From an uncultured Actinomycetes bacterium (GTDB taxonomy: Bacteria > Actinomycetota > Actinomycetes > Jiangellales > Jiangellaceae), in assembly GCA_964400785.1 (NCBI GenBank), contig CAYNWB010000004.1, positions 677 to 64,676 of the forward strand: DNA of 64,000 nt. The letters are read 5' to 3'. Every line of letters begins with the position of its first letter. Position 1 is the stretch's first letter. A program made the position numbers and the translations under genes. Shown here in pieces: positions 56,258 through 64,000 of the stretch. Under the pieces are notes generated by a model. That model was not told where the DNA came from and did no database searches. It was given only the letters and a program-made list of their open reading frames with translations.

Positions 56258-57054
56258 GGCCGGCCGGGCCCCTCGCGGGCCGGGTCGCCCTCGTCACCGG
56301 CGCCGGCAGCGAGTCGGGCATCGGGTTCGCGTGCGCGGCGAGGTTGCGCCGTGACGGCGCGCACGTGGCGCTCGTCTCCACGACCGACCGGATCCACGAG
56401 CGAGCTGAGCAGCTGCGCGCGGAGCAGGCCGGTGGCGCGAGCACCCTCGGCCTGGTGGCCGACCTGCGGGACGAGGCCGCGGTCGCCGCCGTCGTCGCCG
56501 CGGTCGAGCAGGCGCTGGGCGGCATCGACGTCCTGGTCAACAACGCCGGGCTGGGCGCGCTCGGTCGTCCCGAGCCCTTCGAGCCGGTCGTGCGCACCTC
56601 CCCGGCGGCCTGGCGGTCGGGTCTGGAGGTCAACCTCACCACCGCGTTCCTGGTGACCCGGGCCGTGGTCGCAGGCATGCTCGCGCGCGGCTGGGGGAGG
56701 GTGGTCATGGTCGCGTCCACCACCGGGCCGCTGCAGGCCAACCCGGGTGAGGCGGCCTACGCCGCCGGCAAGGCCGGGCTGGTCGGCCTCAGCCGCGTGC
56801 TGGCCCTGGAGGGCGCGGCCCACGGCGTGACGGCCAACGTGGTCGCCCCGGGATGGATCGCCACCGCGGCGCAGACGGAGCAGGAGGTCGCGCACGGACT
56901 CGCCTCGCCCATGCACCGCTCGGGTACGCCGGGCGAGGTGGCCGCCGCAGTCGGCTTCCTGGCGTCCCCGGACGCGTCCTACGTCACGGGCCAGGTGCTC
57001 GTGGTGGACGGCGGCAACAGCCTGCAGGAGGGCCTCGCCGGGTACGCACGCTGA
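56254..57054 (+). CDS. SDR family oxidoreductase (FabG-like)
   Basis: GTG 56254 overlaps the previous stop. GRVALVTGAGSESGIG (TGxxxGxG), NNAG, YAAGKAG (YxxxK) and the PGWIAT motif. Confidence 0.85.
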   Translation: MRPAGPLAGRVALVTGAGSESGIGFACAARLRRDGAHVALVSTTDRIHERAEQLRAEQAGGASTLGLVADLRDEAAVAAVVAAVEQALGGIDVLVNNAGLGALGRPEPFEPVVRTSPAAWRSGLEVNLTTAFLVTRAVVAGMLARGWGRVVMVASTTGPLQANPGEAAYAAGKAGLVGLSRVLALEGAAHGVTANVVAPGWIATAAQTEQEVAHGLASPMHRSGTPGEVAAAVGFLASPDASYVTGQVLVVDGGNSLQEGLAGYAR

Positions 57055-57077
57055 CCTGCGCGCTCGGCCGGCCCGCC

Positions 57078-58001
57078 TCAGGGCACGACAGGCCCGGGCC
57101 ACACCGGCCGTTGCTCGGTGGCGGGGACGCGCAGGTGGCCGTCGGAGTCGAGGTAGTCACGCCACGAGCGGCGGGGCTGCCAGCCGAACACGGTGCGGGC
57201 CGCCTCGATGCTGGTGCCCGAGGCGTCGACACGGTCGAGGTCGCGCACGGGCACGGACGGGTAGTGCTCGGCCATCGCGGCCCGCAGGTCACGGCCACCG
57301 ATGTTGTCCGGGGAGGCCGCGTAGACCACCTCGTGGCCCGGGCTGTCGGACTCCACGCACAGCGCGAGCAGCTCGGCGAGGTCGTAGTCGTCGATGTAGG
57401 ACCAGAAGGTGATGCTCGGCAGCGACGGGTCGCGGACGAACGGGCCCAGGTTGCGCTCGTAGTTGCCCTCCCACTGCACCCACGACGGCCGCACCGACAC
57501 CGCGGTCATGTCGCTGCGGCGGGTGGCCGCCCCGCACAGCTGCTCGCCGAACAGCTTGGCCAGCCCGTAGGGGTCTTGCGGCAGCGCCGGGTGCTGCTCG
57601 TCGATCGGGCAGTAGGACGGCAGGAACTCGCGCTCGGCGAAGATGAATCCGGGCACGGTCTCGCTGGAGACGTTGACGAACCGCGGCACTGCTGAGCGCA
57701 CGCCGGCCTCGAGCAGGTTGAACGTGGCGAGCAGGTTGTTGGCGAACACCTCGTGCGGGGGGTTGTGGGTCGGGTCGGGGATGGCTGCGGCGTGCACCAC
57801 GGCGTCGCAGCCCTGCACGAGGTGGTGGGCGGCACCGATGTCGGTGAGGTCGGCCTGCACGTAGCGCGGCTCGCCCGGCTCGTCCGCCTCGAAGACGGGT
57901 GCGCCGCGATCGGTCGCGAGCACGTCGTGCCCACGCGACATCAGGCAGGTGACTGCCGCCGAGCCGACCTTGCCGCGGGCACCGGTGACGAGGACACGCA
58001 T
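57078..58001 (-). CDS. NAD-dependent epimerase/dehydratase family protein (extended SDR)
   Basis: MRVLVTGARGKVGSAAV (GxxGxxG), VVHAAAIP and YGLAKLFGE (YxxxK). Confidence 0.82.
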   Translation of the reverse strand: MRVLVTGARGKVGSAAVTCLMSRGHDVLATDRGAPVFEADEPGEPRYVQADLTDIGAAHHLVQGCDAVVHAAAIPDPTHNPPHEVFANNLLATFNLLEAGVRSAVPRFVNVSSETVPGFIFAEREFLPSYCPIDEQHPALPQDPYGLAKLFGEQLCGAATRRSDMTAVSVRPSWVQWEGNYERNLGPFVRDPSLPSITFWSYIDDYDLAELLALCVESDSPGHEVVYAASPDNIGGRDLRAAMAEHYPSVPVRDLDRVDASGTSIEAARTVFGWQPRRSWRDYLDSDGHLRVPATEQRPVWPGPVVP

Positions 58002-58113
58002 GGCGCCACCCTAGATCGCCGTGGACGAGGCACTTTCGTGACCAGGCCCCGAGAAGGGCTCCGGCGTCCTAGGTTCGGCCTCGAGCGTCCACACCTGCCA
58101 CCGGAGGCACGCC

Positions 58114-59697
58114 ATGCAGGTCTTCGTCGACAACCCGCTGCTGACTTTGTTCTTCTGCGTCGGGGTGGGAGTTGCCTTCGGCATGATCAAGTTCGGACCT
58201 GTGTCGTTCGGACCCGCCGGGGCACTGTTCGCGGGCCTGGCGCTGTCGGCAGCAAACGCCGACGTCGCCCTCGACCCGGTCTTCTCCGCCATCGGGCTGT
58301 GCGTCTTCTGCTACATGGTCGGCCTGGCCGCGGGCCCGTCCTTCGTGCGTGCCATCCGCACGTCGTACCAGCCGCTGATCGTGGCCGGCACGGCCATCAT
58401 CGCCATGGCGGCCGGTGGCCTGGCCGTGGGTCGGGCCCTCGGCGTCGACACGTCCTACATCGCCGGTGCCTATGCCGGTGCGGGCACGGCCACACCTGCC
58501 CTGGGCGCCGTCCAGCAGCAGCTGGCGGCCGGCGGAGAGGTGCCTCCCGAGCCGGCTGTCGGGTACGCGGTTGCCTACCCGTTCGCAGTGCTCGTCACGA
58601 TCCTCGGTCTGATCTACCTGATGAACGTTGGCAGCAAGAAGCCGACGAAGGAAGACTCCACGCGGCAGCCGTCCTTGGTCGTCAAGACGGTCGACGTGAC
58701 CAGGCCGGTGTCGCTCACGGTGCAGACGATCGCCGAACGTTTCGGGGCGGTTGTCTCGCGCATCACCCGCGACGCCGACACGATCGTCGCCCACGCCGAT
58801 GCGTCGATCAGGCAGGGCGACCTGATCACGGTCACCGTCGGGGACGACCAGCTGCCGCTGCTGGTCGAGGCCGTCGGCGAGCTGTCGGCGCGTGAGCCGT
58901 GGCACGACCGCAGCCAGATCGACTTCCGCCGGGTCGCGGTGTCGAACCGGGCGTTCGTCGGGCAGACGTTGGCGCAGCTCGACCTGGACGGCCAGTACGA
59001 CGCCGCCGTGAGCCGGGTACGACGGGGCGACGTCGACCTCATCGCCACCCCCGACCTCGTGCTGCAGATGGGCGACCGGCTACGGGTGACGGCCAAGCGT
59101 GAGGTGCTGCCGCAGATCACCAAGCACCTCGGCGACTCCGAGCGCGCGGCCAACGACATCAACGCTCTCGGGCTGGGGCTCGGCCTGTCCATCGGGCTGG
59201 TGTTCGGACTGCTGTCCATCCCGTTGCCCGGCGGTGGAAGCTTCGTCCTGGGCACGGCCACCGGCCCGCTCATCATCGGGGTGGTGCTCGGTGCGCTCGG
59301 ACGTACCGGACCGGTCGTGTGGCAGCTGCCGACAGGGGTGAACAACGCGTTCAACCAGCTGTTCCTGCTCATCTTCCTGGCCGCGGTCGGCACCGGGTCG
59401 GGCGCCAACCTGGTCAGCGCGCTGTCGGGTGCGCTGGGTCTGCAGCTGTTGGCCGTGGCGCTGACCTTCTGCGTGATCCATGCGGTGGTCTGCATCGTGG
59501 GGCTGCGCACGGTGCTCGGGTACGGCACGGCCCGTTCGCTCGGTGGGCTCACAGGCTCGCAGCTCAATCCGGCCCCGTTCGCGTACGCCATGGACAAGAA
59601 CGGCGACCAGCGCATCGCCGTCCTCTACGCGATGATCTTCCCCGTCATCATGCTGGGCAAGGTGATCATCGCCCAGCTGATGGTCATCTACTTCTGA
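58114..59697 (+). CDS. AspT/YidE/YbjL family transporter with two RCK_C (TrkA-C) domains
   Basis: MQVFVDNPLLTLFFCVGVGVAFGMIKFGPVSFGPAGALFAGL start. A central soluble pair of TrkA-C-like repeats (GDLITVTV.., GDRLRVTA..) lies between two 5-6 TM halves. Confidence 0.8.
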   Translation: MQVFVDNPLLTLFFCVGVGVAFGMIKFGPVSFGPAGALFAGLALSAANADVALDPVFSAIGLCVFCYMVGLAAGPSFVRAIRTSYQPLIVAGTAIIAMAAGGLAVGRALGVDTSYIAGAYAGAGTATPALGAVQQQLAAGGEVPPEPAVGYAVAYPFAVLVTILGLIYLMNVGSKKPTKEDSTRQPSLVVKTVDVTRPVSLTVQTIAERFGAVVSRITRDADTIVAHADASIRQGDLITVTVGDDQLPLLVEAVGELSAREPWHDRSQIDFRRVAVSNRAFVGQTLAQLDLDGQYDAAVSRVRRGDVDLIATPDLVLQMGDRLRVTAKREVLPQITKHLGDSERAANDINALGLGLGLSIGLVFGLLSIPLPGGGSFVLGTATGPLIIGVVLGALGRTGPVVWQLPTGVNNAFNQLFLLIFLAAVGTGSGANLVSALSGALGLQLLAVALTFCVIHAVVCIVGLRTVLGYGTARSLGGLTGSQLNPAPFAYAMDKNGDQRIAVLYAMIFPVIMLGKVIIAQLMVIYF

Positions 59698-59812
59698 GGG
59701 CCGCTGCTGACACGGTTGTGAGCAATCCAACGGTGCCATCGACGCCGTCGCAGCGGATACTGAGGGCAGTACGCCCGCCACCGGGCGCTGTTCCCACGTC
59801 CCAAGGAGACTC

Positions 59813-61009
59813 ATGGACCGCCTCGCGCAGACAGACGGCCTCACCGACATCCAGCAGGAGATCCTCAAGACCGTTCGCGAGTACACCGACGAGCAGATCA
59901 TCCCGGTGGCCACCGACCTCGAGCACAAGGACGCCTATCCCGACGAGATCGTCGAGGGTCTGAAGGAGATGGGCATCTTCGGGCTGATGATCCCGGAGGA
60001 GTACGGGGGCCTCGGCGAGTCGCTGCTCACCTACGCCCTGGTGGTGGAGGAGCTGGCCCGCGGCTGGATGAGCATCTCCGGAGTGATCAACACCCACTTC
60101 ATCGTCGCGTACATGGTCAACCAGCACGGTACCGAAGAGCAGAAGCAGCGCTGGCTGCCGCGGATGGCCGCGGGGGAGCTGCGCGGTGCCTTCTCCATGT
60201 CGGAGCCGGGTTGCGGGTCGGACGTCGCTGCGATCCGCACCCGCGCCGAGAAGGTCGACGACGACACCTACGAGATCAACGGCTCGAAGATGTGGCTGAC
60301 CAACGGCGGCTCGTCCAGCCTCGTCGCCGTGCTCGTCCTGACCGACGAGGGTTCCGACAGCGTCTACAAGAACATGACGACGTTCATGATCGAGAAGGAG
60401 CCCGGCTTCGGTGAGGTGGCTCCCGGCCTGACCATCCCCGGCAAGATCGAGAAGATGGGCTACAAGGGCGTCGACACCACCGAGCTGGTGCTCGAGGGCT
60501 TCCGCACCGGGGCCGACACGATTCTCGGTGGGGTCGGCGGCAAGGGCTTCTACCAGATGATGGACGGCGTCGAGGTCGGCCGGGTGAACGTCGCGGCACG
60601 GGCGTGCGGGGTGTCGAAGCGCGCGTTCGAGCTCGGCATCCAGTACTCCCAGCAGCGGGAGACGTTCGGCAAGCCGATCGCCCAGCACCAGGCCGTGCTG
60701 TTCCGGCTCGCCGAGATGGCGACCAAGGTCGAGGCGGCGCACCTGATGATGGTCAAGGCCGCGCGCATGAAGGACTCCGGGGCCCGCAACGACCTCGAGG
60801 CCGGCATGGCGAAGTACCTGGCCAGCGAGTACTGCAAGGAGGTCGTGGAGGACTCGTTCCGCATCCACGGCGGATACGGCTACTCCAAGGAGTACGAGAT
60901 CGAGCGCCTCTACCGCGAGGCCCCGATGCTGCTCATCGGCGAGGGCACCGCCGACATCCAGCGCATGATCGTCGGTCGCCGCCTGCTGGAGGAGTACAAG
61001 CTCGCCTGA
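59813..61009 (+). CDS. Acyl-CoA dehydrogenase family protein
   Basis: AAGGAGA SD. GAFSMSEPGCGSDVAAIRT, INGSKMWLTNGG, QHQAVLFRLAEMA, GGYGYSKEYEIERLYREA..IGEGTADIQR motifs. Confidence 0.9.
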   Translation: MDRLAQTDGLTDIQQEILKTVREYTDEQIIPVATDLEHKDAYPDEIVEGLKEMGIFGLMIPEEYGGLGESLLTYALVVEELARGWMSISGVINTHFIVAYMVNQHGTEEQKQRWLPRMAAGELRGAFSMSEPGCGSDVAAIRTRAEKVDDDTYEINGSKMWLTNGGSSSLVAVLVLTDEGSDSVYKNMTTFMIEKEPGFGEVAPGLTIPGKIEKMGYKGVDTTELVLEGFRTGADTILGGVGGKGFYQMMDGVEVGRVNVAARACGVSKRAFELGIQYSQQRETFGKPIAQHQAVLFRLAEMATKVEAAHLMMVKAARMKDSGARNDLEAGMAKYLASEYCKEVVEDSFRIHGGYGYSKEYEIERLYREAPMLLIGEGTADIQRMIVGRRLLEEYKLA

Positions 61010-61096
61010 GGCAGGACGCCCACCTTGGGAGCCAGGCCAGGCCCGCCGTCCGGGGGAAATCCCGCCGCCACCGCTGGCCGGCGGGTCCCCACCCTG

Positions 61097-61188
61097 CCCG
61101 TTGATCACGGCAGGTAGGCCATGGCGTGCCTGCCGAGGCGTGGACACCTCGGCCAGATCCCGGACGCCTACCTGCCGTGATCAACGGG
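61097..61188. repeat. 22-bp perfect inverted repeat enclosing a 48-nt spacer with its own 7-bp hairpin
   Basis: CCCGTTGATCACGGCAGGTAGG (61097-61118) and its exact reverse complement CCTACCTGCCGTGATCAACGGG (61167-61188). Inner hairpin GCCGAGG-cgtggaca-CCTCGGC (61132-61153). Confidence 0.9.
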
Positions 61189-61305
61189 AAGAGCGGGCGT
61201 GGAGGGAGTCTGTCCGTACCGTCCGCAGCTCGCGGACGTGATACGTGAGCGGAAGCACACCGGCCGCCTGCCTCACTGCGACGCCGCATGCGGCACCATG
61301 AGGGC

Positions 61306-61803
61306 ATGAAATTCGGGCGCTTCTACGAGGACTTCGAGGTCGGGGCCACCTACAAGCACTGGCCCGGCAAGACCGTCACCGAGTACGACGACCACCTGTT
61401 CTGCCTCATCACGATGAACCACCACCCTCTGCACATGGACGCGCACTACGCCGAGACGTCCACGCAGTTCGGCAAGAACGTGGTGGTCGGCAACTACATC
61501 TACTCGCTGCTGCTGGGCATGTCGGTGCCCGACATCTCCGGCAAGGCGATCGCCAACCTCGAGGTCGAGTCGCTGCGCCACGTGGCGCCGACCTTCCACG
61601 GCGACACCATCTACGGCGAGACCACGGTGCTCGACAAGAAGGAGTCGTCGTCGAAGAACGACCGCGGCGTGGTCTCGGTGGAGACGCGGGGCTACAACCA
61701 GGACGGCACGCTCGTGTGCATCTTCCGTCGCAAGGTCATGGTGCCCAAGCACGAGGTGGTGGGTGACTCCGAGCCCCGCCCGGAGCCGCGCGAGCGGGGC
61801 TGA
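61306..61803 (+). CDS. MaoC-like (R)-specific enoyl-CoA hydratase / dehydratase (single hot-dog)
   Basis: MKFGRFYEDFEVGATYKHWPGKTVTEYDDHLFCLITMNHHPLHMD is the MaoC dehydratase N-terminus. 165 aa. Confidence 0.82.
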   Translation: MKFGRFYEDFEVGATYKHWPGKTVTEYDDHLFCLITMNHHPLHMDAHYAETSTQFGKNVVVGNYIYSLLLGMSVPDISGKAIANLEVESLRHVAPTFHGDTIYGETTVLDKKESSSKNDRGVVSVETRGYNQDGTLVCIFRRKVMVPKHEVVGDSEPRPEPRERG

Positions 61804-61805
61804 GC

Positions 61806-62228
61806 TCAGAGCACGCCGAAGTCGCGCAAGGCGCCCAGCAACCCTGGCGACAGGGGCATCTGCTCCATCTCGTCCGGGGTGAACCAGCCGACGTCGTCCG
61901 CGTCGTCGCCCGCGGCCAGCTCGCCCCCGGTCACCTGGCACGCGAAGTCGTGGATCTCGTACCGGTACTCCCCGGTCGGGTCTTGCCGGTGGACCACCCC
62001 GAGCAGCTCGCCGACCTGCACTCTCAGTCCGGTCTCCTCCACAACCTCCCGGGCCGCGGCGTCGCGGAGGTCTTCGCCGGGCTCGGCCCGACCACTCGGC
62101 AGCGACCAGCTACCCGCATACGGCGCGTGCCCTCGTCGAACCAGCAGCACGCGACCCCGCGCGTCGCTCAGCACCCCGCCGGCGCAGAGGGTCCATGCGG
62201 GTGGCGTCACCGTCGTGACGATACGCAC
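61806..62228 (-). CDS. NUDIX hydrolase
   Basis: Nudix box GSWSLPSGRAEPGEDLRDAAAREVVEETGL. 140 aa. Confidence 0.85.
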   Translation of the reverse strand: MRIVTTVTPPAWTLCAGGVLSDARGRVLLVRRGHAPYAGSWSLPSGRAEPGEDLRDAAAREVVEETGLRVQVGELLGVVHRQDPTGEYRYEIHDFACQVTGGELAAGDDADDVGWFTPDEMEQMPLSPGLLGALRDFGVL

Positions 62229-62306
62229 CCCTCACCCGCCGATCTCGGTGCCCACAGGGCCCTTGAGACCTTGACGGGGCAGCATCCACCGGCAACGGTG
62301 CTGATC

Positions 62307-62939
62307 ATGGACGCGGCGCCGACCTGCCCGAGGTGCTCCAGTCCCCTCCGACCTCCGAGCGTCTGGGTCAGCCAGTGGGAGTGCCCCCAGCACGGAGCCG
62401 TTCTTCCGCTGCGCCGTCCACCCGAGCCCTCCACCGGCTGGCTGCGTCACGTGTCCGCGATGGCGCAGGTGCCGGTCTGGCTGGCCTGGCCGCTGCCGAC
62501 GGGCTGGGTGGTCAGCGGGGTCGCGCCGATCGGGGACGAGGTGAGCGGGGTGGCCGCGGTGGCGACGATGCTCACCGGTCCGAGCCCCCTCGGGGGTCCT
62601 GCGGAGATGCTGGTGCTGTCCGAGGAGCCCGGTGTCGGCCTGGGCGCCCGTCTGGCCGGCCTGCCCGGCATCGACCCGGGCCCGGTGTTCGACGGCCCGC
62701 CCTACAGCCACGTCGAGGTCGACGAGCACACCGTCCCGCTCTGGCTGGTGCCGGGCACCGACCACCAGGCGGTGGTGGTCGGCGAGCGCAACATGGTGTG
62801 GATCTGGGTGATCGTGCGCCCCGCAGCCGCCGGAGTGATGCTCGTGGACCACCTCTCGTTCAGCGACGCGCGCCGCCTCGGGGAGGAGATCCGCCTGCTC
62901 CCGTACGGGGCCCGCAGCACCTGGCTCGACGGCGGCTGA
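62307..62939 (+). CDS. Conserved actinobacterial protein with a zinc-ribbon-like N-terminus (DUF6758-like)
   Basis: ATG 62307. MDAAPTCPRCSSPLRPPSVWVSQWECPQHGAV (CPRC..CPQH). The family name is from recollection. The longer track ORF start (61950) is antisense to the NUDIX gene. Confidence 0.6.
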   Translation: MDAAPTCPRCSSPLRPPSVWVSQWECPQHGAVLPLRRPPEPSTGWLRHVSAMAQVPVWLAWPLPTGWVVSGVAPIGDEVSGVAAVATMLTGPSPLGGPAEMLVLSEEPGVGLGARLAGLPGIDPGPVFDGPPYSHVEVDEHTVPLWLVPGTDHQAVVVGERNMVWIWVIVRPAAAGVMLVDHLSFSDARRLGEEIRLLPYGARSTWLDGG

Positions 62940-62942
62940 CCG

Positions 62943-63782
62943 GTGGTCATCGACCTGCACACGCACTCGGACGTCTCGGACGGGACCGAGTCGCCCTCGG
63001 AGCTGGTGGCGACCGCGGCAGGGCTCGGGGTGCACGTGCTGGCGCTCGCCGACCATGACACGACCGCGGGGTGGGCGCAGGCCCTCCAGGCCGGTGCTGC
63101 GCACGGCGTCGAGGTGGTACCCGCGATCGAGGTGTCCACCGCCTGGCGAGGTGCCGACGTCCACCTGCTCGCCTACTGGCCCGACGACCAGGACGCCGCC
63201 CTGCAGCAGATGCTGCGCACGATCCGTGAGGGACGGCGGCTGCGCGTCCCGCGCATGCTGGCCGGGTTGGCCGCCCACGGCGTCGTCCTCACCGAGCACG
63301 ACGTGCGTCGCGCCGCCGGGGACGCCGTGTCGGTGGGTCGACCCCACGTCGCCGACGCGCTCGTGGCGGCCGGGGTGGTCGACTCCCGCGAGCACGCCTT
63401 CGCGACCTTGATCGGCGAGGGCATGCCGGGGCACGTGCCCAAGCCGGCGCCCCCCCTGCCCACGGCGATCCGCACCGTGGTGGACGCCGGCGGGGTGCCG
63501 GTGCTCGCGCACCCGTGGGCTCGCGGCACGCGGCGGGTGCTGGATGAGGCCGCGCTGGTCGAGCTCGCCGAGTCCGGGCTCGTGGGTGTCGAGGTCGACC
63601 ACGTCGACCACACGGCGGCCGTGCGTGCCGAGCTGCGCGCACTCGCCGACTCCCTCGGACTGGTCGTGACCGGGGGCAGCGACTACCACGGCGCGGGCAA
63701 GCCCGGGGTGCTGCCGGGCATGAACCGGACGACGCCCCGGGCCTACGAGGCCTTGCGGGCGCACCGGGCCCAGCGGTCGTGA
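62943..63782 (+). CDS. PHP domain metal-dependent phosphoesterase (TrpH/YciV-like)
   Basis: VIDLHTHSDVSDGTESPSELV, LALADHDT, VLAHPW and GGSDYHG motifs. Confidence 0.88.
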   Translation: MVIDLHTHSDVSDGTESPSELVATAAGLGVHVLALADHDTTAGWAQALQAGAAHGVEVVPAIEVSTAWRGADVHLLAYWPDDQDAALQQMLRTIREGRRLRVPRMLAGLAAHGVVLTEHDVRRAAGDAVSVGRPHVADALVAAGVVDSREHAFATLIGEGMPGHVPKPAPPLPTAIRTVVDAGGVPVLAHPWARGTRRVLDEAALVELAESGLVGVEVDHVDHTAAVRAELRALADSLGLVVTGGSDYHGAGKPGVLPGMNRTTPRAYEALRAHRAQRS

Positions 63783-64000
63783 GCGCGAGGGTGCTGCGGT
63801 CGTTCTTCCCGACCCGGCTCGACACCTGGGCGCAGTGTCCGCGTCGCTACCGGTTTCGCTATCTCGACGACCCCTCTCCGCCGACCCGAGGGGCCTTCGC
63901 CCACCAGACCCTCGGCGCGGCAACGCACCTGGCCCTGGCCACGTGGTGGCGCCTGCCCGAGTCAGCGCGCACCCCGGACGTCGTCGCCGCCCTGGTGGAC
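63779..64000 (+). CDS. PD-(D/E)XK (RecB-like) nuclease family protein, N-terminal fragment running off the right edge
   Basis: GTG 63779 overlaps the PHP stop (GTGA). LRSFFPTRLDTWAQCPRRYRFRYLDDP resembles the N-terminus of actinobacterial RecB-family exonuclease-like proteins. Only 74 codons are visible. Confidence 0.5.
   Translation, partial: MSARVLRSFFPTRLDTWAQCPRRYRFRYLDDPSPPTRGAFAHQTLGAATHLALATWWRLPESARTPDVVAALVD

Noticed and set aside
61121-61180. 19-codon ORF (MACLPRRGHLGQIPDAYLP) inside the palindromic element as a real gene
   Set aside because: It is too short, has only a weak SD (AGGTAGG at minimal spacing), and its position could be a by-product of the palindrome. It is mentioned only as a possible leader peptide.
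61097-61188. Interpretation of the 22-bp inverted repeat as a MITE or IS remnant
   Set aside because: No target-site duplication flanks the arms (left flank ..accctg, right flank aagagc..). No transposase fragment is nearby and no second copy occurs in the window. It is kept as an unexplained palindromic element rather than called a mobile element.
1-64000. Search for tRNA, rRNA, CRISPR arrays, integrases or transposases, and prophage or defence-island signatures
   Set aside because: No T-loop or acceptor-like conserved strings were seen, no regularly spaced direct repeats, and no recombinase, transposase or phage structural motifs in any supported ORF. The only nuclease-like genes (RNB, PHP, PD-(D/E)XK fragment) sit in conserved housekeeping contexts.

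Overview
The window is very GC-rich, with the strong third-position G/C bias typical of an Actinomycetota chromosome. Lineage markers are mycothiol mshB, a DUF3117 mini-protein, the sigE-htrA-tatB cassette and the glgA/glgC divergon. I support about 62 protein-coding genes, one TPP riboswitch, a few promoter or operator candidates and several structured repeats. I found no rRNA, tRNA, CRISPR array, transposase or integrase. From about 16.4 kb to 53.4 kb the gene order follows the conserved actinobacterial backbone known from Mycobacterium tuberculosis Rv1165-Rv1232c: typA, mshB, fdx, dapC, dapD, dapE, LOG, folP2, tag, DUF3117, glgA, glgC, O-methyltransferase, sigE, htrA, tatB, mrp, DUF1003 and MgtE-N/CBS. 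Lineage-specific inserts sit within it: a peptide ABC importer, an S9 peptidase, VanW and a riboswitch-controlled thiamine-precursor importer. The most unusual locus is a five-gene, translationally coupled minus-strand operon at 13106->4454. It encodes an orphan 535-aa protein, a class III nucleotide cyclase fused to a STAND ATPase and TPR region, a 702-aa FAD oxidoreductase, an orphan 219-aa protein and a polyprenyl diphosphate synthase. The two orphan proteins appear to share a C-terminal module. Other points worth a second look:
- a 22-bp perfect inverted repeat at 61.1 kb
- a NUDIX-kinase fusion gene with no usable stop codon
- dapC with only a CTG start, fused to the fdx stop codon
- sigE overlapping htrA with no anti-sigma gene between them
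- an ABC ATPase pair with complementary degenerate motifs
- a CRP-like palindrome in an AT-rich promoter island at 0.6 kb
Many long ORFs in the supplied track are alternate-frame or antisense artefacts of the GC bias and were discarded.
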